DNA of 56,945 nucleotides, the filler included, from Jimgerdemannia flammicorona (Eukaryota), in assembly GCA_003990765.1 (NCBI GenBank). It is 3 parts of 3 records of this genome, joined end to end, with 100 filler letters (N's around TTAATTAATTAA, not from the genome) between each part and the next. Parts side by side here need not be neighbours in the genome. Positions count along the whole stretch, not along the records: positions 1 to 18,920 come from RBNJ01002074.1; positions 19,021 to 37,939 come from RBNJ01002075.1; 1 more part is not named here. One strand, written 5' to 3'. The translations under genes and the position numbers were made by a program. This document shows positions 13,100 to 21,454 of this stretch, one piece after another. Within the stretch, counting starts at the first letter, position 1. Each line of letters starts with the position of its first letter. The notes under the pieces were generated by a model. That model worked only from the letters and a program-made list of their open reading frames with translations, had not been told where the DNA came from and searched no databases.

Positions 13100-13901
13100 T
13101 ATAACCCTGGTTCTGATTCTGATCTCAGCCATATCTAGTTCTAGTAGTAGCTATCTGGTAAGTATTATTATATGATCTCTTTTTTAGTAGAAGATCAGAG
13201 ATTAATGAATTGAGTTATTAATAGATTTTGAGAAGAGTATAATATAGTTTTTTATATATTCTGTAATTTTTACAGCTTATATAAGATCAACCTTTAGTTT
13301 TTGAATAGATGGTAGTTTAAATAGTAGCTTGGGCTTAGGTGGTAACTTGAGCTTAAGTGATAACTTAGACTTAGATAGTAGCATGAGTAGTAGTAGTAGC
13401 TTAGACTTAGGTAGCAGCTTGAGTGATGGCTTGTGCTTAGGTAGCAGCTTGAGTGATAGCTTAGACTTAGGTGATAGCTTAGGCTTAAGTAGTAGCTTAA
13501 GCTTAGATAGTAGCTTGGACTTAGGTGATAGCTTAGACTAAGATAGTAACTTAGGCTTAGACAGTAGCTTAAACTATAGTAGTAGTGACTTAGGCTTAGG
13601 TGATAGCTTGAGCTTAGGTAGTATCTTTAGGGGCCTCAGGAGTAGAGGCTGTAGGAGTAGTCTAAGAGATAGCTTTAGATATAGTCCTTGAGATAAATTG
13701 CTTAATTATTGCTTCAATCTTCTTTTTCTTCTTCTTGCATTCATTATTAATCCTAAGTTCTTCAATATCCAACTAGATAACAATCTTATTGATAATATTA
13801 TTCATATTCTCAAAGGCTCCAGAAAGATTATTAATATAGAATTGAAGTTTTTTATTAGGTGAGATTATTTTTTAGTTTTTGGTTTTTGATTTGTTTTTCA
13901 T
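13100..13901 (-). pseudogene. Decayed ORF with Ala/Thr/Gln tandem repeat and possible Zn2Cys6-like Cys cluster
   Basis: Minus strand reads MKNKSKTK...ECKKKKKKIE...(AAT*AQAITQ)n...G*SYISCKNYRIYKKLY; stops are TAA/TAG/TGA compatible with C->T decay. Confidence 0.4.
13312..13622. repeat. Tandem repeat, 18-bp unit (AGCTTRGRCTTAGGTRRY), probably coding on minus strand
   Basis: Repeated agcttagacttaggtgat-type units with 12-bp variants; all multiples of 3. Confidence 0.85.
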
Positions 13902-14086
13902 TATTAAAGCTAGCTTATTTATATATATTTTACCTATACTTATTGCAATATCTGAAGCTCTCAGCTTATACTTATTGTAATATTCAAAGCTCTTGATAGT
14001 GCTCTGAATAGATGGAGTTGATCCAGATGAGATTCGATTCAGATTTATTATGTGATAGGTTTAAATCAACTCAGATTAGTCTCGTA

Positions 14087-14172
14087 ATCTGATCCAGATT
14101 GATCCATCCAGATTGGTCTATCCAGATTGGTCCATCCAGATTGGTCTATCCAGATTGATCCATCCAGATTGA
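14087..14172. repeat. Minisatellite, 14-bp unit (GRTCYATCCAGATT)
   Basis: 5-6 consecutive copies, with degenerate copies upstream from ~14015. Confidence 0.85.
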
Positions 14173-14375
14173 AATCTTTGGTGACATCACTCTTTCTTTT
14201 GTTCATTTCACTCTTGTTTTTTTTTTTCTATCACACTTTGGTGACATCATCCTTTCCTTTTGCTCCCTCTCTTCTTTTGTTCTTTTTCTTTGTTCTTTTC
14301 TGTCACATTATAAGCAAACAAAACAGCAGCCCTTAATTTGTACATTGGTCCAGTCTACTCATTTTTTACTCTATA

Positions 14376-16453
14376 ATGATCATCAAAAGAGGGAGTATTC
14401 AAGGTGGAAACATACTCTCTGCTGATAATGTTAGATTCTTTCTCATATAGACAGCATACAAGCTGCTCATCGAGAGCCAAAGAGGTGATGGCAGTGGTAG
14501 TGGTGATGGTAATGGCGATGGTGGAGATGAGGGAGAATTTCGGCAACAACTCATAGTAGCTCTTCAGACCTTAGAATTCAAAGACCTCATAGCTATGTAT
14601 ATGGCAGCCTTTTTGGAGCAGCCAATAGTAGATGTAGGTTACTTACTCAGCTGCCACTTATTTACTTGTATTTATTTAAACTTCTCCAGTATAACCCAAT
14701 TCACCTCTTGCTTTTCTTAGGGTCCACAGCTCTATGGCGAGATCTGCTGACTTTATTCGCAACATCTGGTCAAGATGAAGAAAGGCTGGCAGACATTGCG
14801 GGGTATGCCTTTGGTGGCTGAGCTGTTGAGTCAATACATTGTATGGCAGAGGTCTCAAAAGAAATAAAAGCAAGCCTTCGTGAGCAATCTTGTACAACTT
14901 GTGCAACTTATCAGCATATAACTTGTCAGTATGCAGCTCACTCACTCACTCACTCACACTCTTTTTCTAAAATACCCATCTCTATGTTTTATTTAATTTC
15001 ATTTTTATGTGGTCTCTCTCTAAAAAACATCCACACTCGCATACAACCTGTCCACATACAACCTGCCCACATGCAATCCACCTACATGCAACCCACCCAC
15101 ACATAACTCACCCCATGCAACCCACCTGCAACCCGCCTGCACACAACCCACTCACACACAACCCACTCACACACAATCCATCCACATATAACTCATTTGC
15201 ATACTTATCTCAGTCTCTCAGATCAGGGCTCAGTTCTATTGGAAAGGAGAGTTCAAAGTTACCCGAGTTCAACCATGTCTAGCATCTGATCAAATAGAGA
15301 AATTCAAGGGCAAGATGTTCAGTATGAGTAGTACCAGTATTATCATCAAGGCTTGGGGGTCTACATTTGAATCAGAGCCAATTATACTTGACCAAGAGAT
15401 CCATTGGCCAGCTGGAGTAACTAACAATAAAGAAAACTATATCTTTATTAATGAATATGGAGAGGTAGTTGCAATAGTGGTAAGGAACCTCTATGGTGAT
15501 AAGCTTTACTGCCACATCAATAAGATTTACGAGAATTGTGTCAAATACCAGGTAGCAGGAAAGAGGGGGCGAAAAAAGCAAGGAGGGGGGGTTTGGATAG
15601 GAATTAGGTACACCACAACACCAGTGAAGGGTGGGTTCTGGAGTTCTGAAATCCCCTACACTCATCTCTCTTTTTTTTTAACCCCTCTCTAAATAAATCA
15701 CACTCTTCGCCGACATACTCTTTTTGATACAATTTCAGAGATGTACAAGATTCTGTACCCCTATCAGAACTTTAGAAGTACCATCAAAGAGCAAACTATG
15801 TATGAGCATGATATGGCCTATATGGCAATAGTGGCTATGATCTGAGGTTCTTTGAGCAGATTGGTAGAGCATATGGTAGGCCAGCTTAATAGTGATCTTG
15901 ATGTGGCTGTATATACATTCTTGGTGTAATTTAGTGTGTTATATGAGGTGAGGAGCTCTTCTTTTTCAGAGTACTACAGCCTGGGGGATTTCTGCCCCCT
16001 CACATACAAAAAGGACTGACCGGTTGCTGTCCATTTCAGTAGGTTTCTAAGCTGGGGCTCCTGGGGCTGGACTAAGAGCAGGTATCCACCAGCACAGCCT
16101 GGCAGTATGAGGTCCTGGGCCAAGAGTTCACCCAACCATATACTCACATTACATCAGAATATGTCAGATGTAACCTTTATCTGCCCATACATACAGACAA
16201 CAATATCACCCTAATAATGTTTTATGTCCTGGAAAGGAAGGGCCCAATCTGAGAGGATAGTGATGGAGTCTGATATGACCTCACCTATGGTTTTGGGGTC
16301 CCATTTGTAGCCAACATAGCCATCCTATTCCAACCACATAACCACCATAGTACTGTTGCTTTTGAGAAGAGCTCAGACATAACAGTCGTCGCACTCACAA
16401 TAGATGATAGACTTATCAAGGCCTGGGACCAGTGGGTGGAGCAGTTTTTGTGA
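14376..16453 (+). pseudogene. Multi-exon pseudogene, ~500 aa, C-terminal Fe(II) dioxygenase domain of probable TET/JBP type
   Basis: Exons 14376-14633, 14690-~14928, ~15227-15630, 15739-15947, 16043-16453; GT..AG introns keep frame (intron 2 boundaries ambiguous). Last exon: CNLYLPIHTDNN (HxD 16190-16198)...GFGVPFVANIAILFQPHNHHST (His 16346-16348). Seven in-frame stops, all explicable as CGA/CAA/CAG deamination. Confidence 0.6.
15030..15200. repeat. CA-rich degenerate 15-bp repeat (ACAACCCACTCACAC), probably intronic
   Basis: Repeated caacccac/caacctgc units inside predicted intron 2 of the 14376-16453 gene. Confidence 0.7.
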
Positions 16454-16522
16454 GGGTTAGGTAATCTTTCATAAGGGTTAGACAATCTTTTGTGAGGATT
16501 AGGCAGCCATTTTATATGGGTT
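16445..16522. repeat. 21-bp tandem repeat (TTTTGTGAGGGTTAGGCAATC), cut by LTR insertion
   Basis: 3-4 copies beginning at the predicted stop codon and ending at the LTR TG at 16524. Confidence 0.75.
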
Positions 16523-16927
16523 GTGTAATATTTTAGCATAGTTTATTCCTTTTCTTTGTCTTTCTCCAATATTCTACAACCTTCTGGCATTTTCCGAATG
16601 CTTACAAATCCTTTCTTGGTACCGAGCATTAACTAGTACTTATTTAGTTAGTCACTGAATGTCCTGGAAACTTGTAGAACTTTATTTGTCATCATTTGTC
16701 ATCTCTGCCGAGAACTTTCCTCTTGGCATTTTCCTTTGATTTCTCAGATCCTTCCGGATCCTTCTTTCAGATCTTGTATAAATATCCCCTTTGTTCTCAT
16801 GAATAAAGCTCAGAATATTTTCTCCCAGAAATTCTTCGAGAACACTTGAATCCTTAGTATCTCTTTGAGCTACTTAGGACTACCAGAATTAGTCGCTTCC
16901 TCATTTAGAAACTAGAACTGTTATACT

Positions 16928-16939
16928 TGGTAGCAGCGG
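16928..16939 (+). promoter_or_regulatory. Primer binding site, initiator tRNA-Met type (TGGTAGCAGCGG)
   Basis: 2 nt after LTR end; TGGTAGC matches known iMet PBS starts (Ty1/Ty3 TGGTAGCG). Decayed versions at 10170, 29826 and 53609 (minus). Confidence 0.8.
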
Positions 16940-18031
16940 TGAAGTTACACTTAGCCTTATCAAGATACCTCTCAAGATATCAGTCACAACACTATGGAGG
17001 ACAATGGGTGGAACCCTTCATATAACACCTACGGTCCAGGCAATACCTCTTACCATCAGCAAGAAGAAGAAGAGGAACAGCCAATCCCCACCTAGTCAAC
17101 CAGGTCCATTGAGAGTCTTTTGCAAACTGCATTTGCTCAGATCGCCCAACTTCAAGAACGCGTAGAAAGAAAGGAAAGCAAGGCCTCCGCTCATACCTCC
17201 GCACCTCCACCGACATCAATACATCTGACAGCAGTCACTATCAAGCCTCAGAAGCCTGACACCTTTGATGGTCAAAGAGGAGGACTGTCTACTGATGCCT
17301 GGCTTTTCCAATTGGAGCAATATGGAGAACTGACTAATTTGGAAGAAACAACACTAGTCCAATTTGCCATCACACTCCTCCGAGGGAATGCTGCAATCTG
17401 GTGGCGAAATCATGTCCAGAATACCAGATTCTCTGGCCGAATCAAGACCTGGGGCGAATTCTCTGATGCTATTCAAGGCCAATTCAAACCAGTCAACAGC
17501 ACTAAGGCTGCACGAGACCGTCTGGCAAACGTCAAACAACTCAAGTCTGTGCAAGCATACAATGCACAATTCCTGTCAATCCTGCTAGAATTACCATATG
17601 TCACTGAAGACAAGAAGGTCAACAAGTACATCTGAGGTTTGAAAGGTCAAACTCGAGTTCGTGTTGAACTAGAAGAACCCAAGGACCTAGACACAGCAAT
17701 GAAAATTGCTGATAGGTTTGATGTCATCACCTATAGTCACCGCTTTGAACAGAAGAGACCGCCTTTCAATAACAACAACAACCACAGAAGGGAGGAACCC
17801 AAAGTCAGAACTGTTGGACCTGCCCCCATGGACCTAGACACTATCGACAAGAGTAAGAAAGGCAAACTTACACCTGAGGAAAAGGAGTACCTCAAGAAGG
17901 CTGGAGCCTGCTTCTTTTGCCGTCAGCCTGGTCACATTGCAACCAAATGTCCCAAGAAAACTGCAAAACCAAAGAGGATCCTGGTCCTGTCCAAAGACAC
18001 TCAAGGTCAACCAGTTGAACAAGAAGTTGTA

Positions 18032-18443
18032 CTCAATTTCATATGAGTCAACCCCAAGGCCCAGATCCCTCAAGTACAGTCAGAAGGAGCCATTGGTTTG
18101 GACCTTCAAGCAGTACAACAAGTCACCATTCCAGTACATAAAAGAAGGCTCATTCCAACTGGCCTTGCAGTCGAAATCCCCAAGGAATATTATGCAAGAA
18201 TTGCACCAAGATCTGGCCTCAGCTTCAAGCACTCATTGGATGTTGGTGCTGGAGTCATAGACCCTGACTTCTGAGGTGAAATGCAAGTTCTGCTAGTCAA
18301 CCACAAGAACCAGCCATATACCGTCAATGAAGGAGATAGAATTGCACAGCTCATTCTGGAGCGAGCCACCCTACTAGTCATCAAAGAAGTCACCAAGCTG
18401 TCTTCAACCAAGCAAGATCAGAAAGGCTTCGGCAGTACTGATA
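18032..18443 (+). pseudogene. Retrotransposon-borne trimeric dUTPase domain
   Basis: GAIGLDL, IPTGLAVEIP, YARIAPRSGLS, GAGVIDPDF*GE, GDRIAQL, QDQKGFGST. Confidence 0.95.
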
Positions 18444-18541
18444 AAGTTACAAGCATAGCTGAGAATCGAGCCAATTCAATGCTCATTTTCAAAGGTCTAG
18501 TCAAGGGACAAGAACTAGATGTTCTCATAGACAGTGGAGCT

Positions 18542-18920
18542 CCCCTTGGGGAGAGGAGTCCCTCAGGGGGACCTGCTGTCTCCTATCCTTTATGCACTCT
18601 CCTTGGAACCCTTGATAGACAGGATCCATTGGAGGGTGACTGGGCTCTCTGTATATGGTATGGAGTAGAAGGTGGGGGCCTTTGCAGATGACATGGTAGT
18701 TGGACTTGGATCAGTAGTGGATGTAGAGGCTCTTCAGGAAACAGTGGAGTGGTATGAGGCACACTCTGGGGCAAAGCTCAACTGGCATAAGTGTGAGACA
18801 ATGGTGCTGAGGAATGGGCTAGTGGGAGGGGATGTCATTGGAACAATTGTCCCCACAGGAGAGGTGGTAAGGTACCTCGGCATCTTCCTCTCTATATATG
18901 GATCAGTCCTACCACAGTTA
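18542..18920 (+). mobile_element. 5'-truncated LINE (RT segment), runs into assembly gap
   Basis: PLGRGVPQGDLLSPILYAL and GAFADDMVVGLG, nearly identical to LINE copies 1 and 3; starts right after Gypsy LIDSGA codons. Confidence 0.9.
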
Positions 18921-19020
18921 NNNNNNNNNNNNNNNNNNNNNNNNNNNNNNNNNNNNNNNNNNNNTTAATTAATTAANNNNNNNNNNNNNNNNNNNNNNNN
19001 NNNNNNNNNNNNNNNNNNNN
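18921..19020. other. Assembly spacer (N44-TTAATTAATTAA-N44)
   Basis: 100-bp N run with central six-frame stop linker, identical to the spacer at 37940. Confidence 0.98.
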
Positions 19021-19260
19021 TTTTTTTTTACACCATCGAGGATCCCAGTGAGTTTAGAAAGACGAATCAAGGTTTATTTCCGTTACTTAACGGTTCTTTT
19101 TGGAACCCGTAGATGGGCAAATTTTAGACAATTGTAGTCAATACAATGTCGCAAAAGGAAAGGAAAAAGAAGCAGGAAAAACGAAATGAAAATGAAACAC
19201 AAAATTAAACGGCGGAACGACAAAAGGAGATGAATACTGATGGAAATGGAAAAAAGAGAG

Positions 19261-19318
<58 letters not shown>

Positions 19319-19666
19319 GAAACCGAAACGGACGGAAATACAAAACCGCCAGCCGGAAAAGGATGGCGGGGATAGAAAACGAAAAGGTGCAAGCACGTTT
19401 TCGACATAGGGTACTGGTAAATGAAAAACGGAAAGCTTATTTTTGAGCATATGCAGAAACCACTGCGCATATTAGAAATTGGGATTATATAAGAGAAGAA
19501 AAAAATGCCCCAATTAATTTCCTAAAAAAGTACTTTTGCTAGTGCTGGGGGATACGGTAAGTGGGGTATGGCATAGTAGGGTAAACTGAAAATTTACATA
19601 ATTCGATATCCCCATTTTTCTACTCTTTCGCGAAAAAAGGAAAAAATTACCACCACAACGAAATCT

Positions 19667-21454
19667 CTATTGCAACTCGCTCACCCACCTCCCGGCTTGC
19701 GGGTGGTGCGGCTGCGGCTGCGGCAGTCTGACCTCCATCATCCCCATTCCCTCGCCCAGCGAAGAGGTGCCGCGACTCAGCTGGCGCTGATGAGTCTTGG
19801 CGTGTTGAGCGAGGTTATCGCTGCGCGAGAAGGTTTTGCGGCACCCCGAGAAGGTGCACTCGAATGGGCGCTCCATTGTGTGTGTGCGCTGATGACGCTT
19901 GAGGTGCTCCAGCCGCTTGAACCGCTTCAGACAATGTGGGACGCTGCACACGTGGTTCTTCTGCGTCGTACCGCAGGTCCGCGTACTTGGTTGGTGGTGG
20001 TTGATGAAGTTGTAGGAGGAGGGCGGAGATGATGGGGAGAGGGGTGATGACTCCGAGGATGAGGATGTCAAAGATGAGGAGGGGGAAAGGCGTGGGGTGG
20101 TGGTGGTTGCAAAATATGATGGTGGATAGGCGCTGCCGCCATATGGTTTTTGATGGGTAGACGGCGATACTGGTGAGTGAGCGTAGTACATCGGTGTCTT
20201 TGAAGTTTCCGGTGCAACGATGGCGGAGCTCAACGACAAGGCTTGTGTTCCGCTTGGATAGCGGTTGTTGGTGCAGACCGAGTAGGGGCTTCCCGCCTGC
20301 CATTGGTTTGATGTCGAGTGTGGTGGTGTTGTGGGGGTGGATGGCAGTCTATGTTGCACACTATCTTGGTACTGATGATCCGTCTCCTTGTTAAGTAGCA
20401 TGTAAATACTGCTGTTGCTGTTGCTGATTGGCTTGTGCGGCGAGTGCGGGGGCGACTGATAGTTTGTCGTCCCCTCGTCTGCGAGCTCTTTTTCGCCATC
20501 GTGGTCATCGCCGTGACGAGCTTTGGCTCCCGATCGGTTGCCATCTTGGTTGAATAGGCGATTCAAGTCCAATTTCAAACCTGAAGTCGAGCCATGGGTG
20601 TGCTCATTCTCTGAGTGACCGGCGGCATTAGCCCCTGAACCGAGTCTTCGCTCGTGCAAGGTCTTTTTGCTGTGCGACCTGCAGTGAGCTGCAAAATTAT
20701 CAGAGCGGCTGAAGGTCTTGCCGCAGCCCTCGTGATCACACACGTACGATCGCTCGCCAGTATGTACAAGCATGTGGCGCTTCAGGTGCTCGTAGCGCTT
20801 GAAGCTCCAACCGCAATAAGGGTGTCGGCAGAAATGCTTGTTCCGGCCACCATTTCTCACCGAAATCGCGGAGAAGGCCGATCCGGGTTGACGCACATAT
20901 TGCACGAGGTGAGGCTTGTGAGACGACTGTGTGGTAGACTCTGGCGAGAAAAGGACAAAGTCCGAACGGATAGGAGATCCTTGCTGGCTGCTGGCGTTCG
21001 AGGTATCATCTTCTACCGATTGCATGGATGAAGTGGATGCGCGACGGTAGTTCCCAGGAACTTGGGCCGATGCCGGGGAAATCATGCCACCAGGGGGGCT
21101 GATCGAATCGGCATCGATGGATAGTCTTCTGAACGGTACGCTCAATGGGGCAGGAGGGTACGAAAAATCTTGGCTAGAGAACACGTAATTTCTTCTGGGA
21201 GTTCCTGAGGGGGAATAGGGGCTGCCGCGTTGATTGAATCGGTTGAAGGATGCCGCAGAAGCATTTGGAACGTAATTCGACATATGATTGTGTAACATCT
21301 TCACCGGAGGGTAGCTTGTCCTCGCCGAAGGAGGCTTGACAGATCCGAACAGTGGTAGGAGGTTGGCGCTTGGCAGTTGAACGCCTCCCGAGGTCGACTT
21401 GGTCATGAATCTCACAGTGTTGCCGGACGAGTTGGTTTCCATAGACGAGCACAT
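19667..21454 (-). CDS. C2H2 zinc-finger transcription factor with two separated finger pairs (595 aa)
   Basis: Long intact ORF, normal Cp[34 protein letters not shown] and [33 protein letters not shown] in Ser/Pro-rich low-complexity sequence. Confidence 0.92.
   Translation of the reverse strand: MCSSMETNSSGNTVRFMTKSTSGGVQLPSANLLPLFGSVKPPSARTSYPPVKMLHNHMSNYVPNASAASFNRFNQRGSPYSPSGTPRRNYVFSSQDFSYPPAPLSVPFRRLSIDADSISPPGGMISPASAQVPGNYRRASTSSMQSVEDDTSNASSQQGSPIRSDFVLFSPESTTQSSHKPHLVQYVRQPGSAFSAISVRNGGRNKHFCRHPYCGWSFKRYEHLKRHMLVHTGERSYVCDHEGCGKTFSRSDNFAAHCRSHSKKTLHERRLGSGANAAGHSENEHTHGSTSGLKLDLNRLFNQDGNRSGAKARHGDDHDGEKELADEGTTNYQSPPHSPHKPISNSNSSIYMLLNKETDHQYQDSVQHRLPSTPTTPPHSTSNQWQAGSPYSVCTNNRYPSGTQALSLSSAIVAPETSKTPMYYAHSPVSPSTHQKPYGGSAYPPSYFATTTTPRLSPSSSLTSSSSESSPLSPSSPPSSYNFINHHQPSTRTCGTTQKNHVCSVPHCLKRFKRLEHLKRHQRTHTMERPFECTFSGCRKTFSRSDNLAQHAKTHQRQLSRGTSSLGEGMGMMEVRLPQPQPHHPQAGRWVSELQ

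Larger units (their letters stand above)
16524..18541 (+). mobile_element. Ty3/Gypsy element, 5' part (LTR family A 16524-16925, PBS, gag, dUTPase, start of protease), interrupted by a LINE
   Basis: gag ATG 16994, KPQKPDTFDG, WLFQLEQY, GPAPMDLD, CFFCRQPGHIATKC; one reading frame from 16994 to LIDSGA broken only by TAG 17093 and TGA 17633, 18044, 18272. Confidence 0.95.

Noticed and set aside
13329..13541. Ser/Leu/Asp-rich ORF on plus strand
   Set aside because: Antisense reading of the 18-bp repeat; the minus strand has the better coding context.
18032..18443. dUTPase as a host gene or endogenous retrovirus marker
   Set aside because: In frame with Gypsy gag and protease, no env gene, family ends in a chromodomain.
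18281..18691. Novel dUTPase fusion protein in the ORF track
   Set aside because: C-terminal part is out-of-frame LINE sequence created by the insertion at 18542.
18965..18976. Palindromic TTAATTAATTAA inside N runs (also 37984-37995)
   Set aside because: Artificial six-frame stop linker used to join contigs; adjacency across it cannot be trusted.
19083..19470. Poly-Phe/poly-Lys ORFs over the A run at ~19261-19317
   Set aside because: Homopolymer artefact; no convincing TSD, and such tracts are common throughout the gene island.
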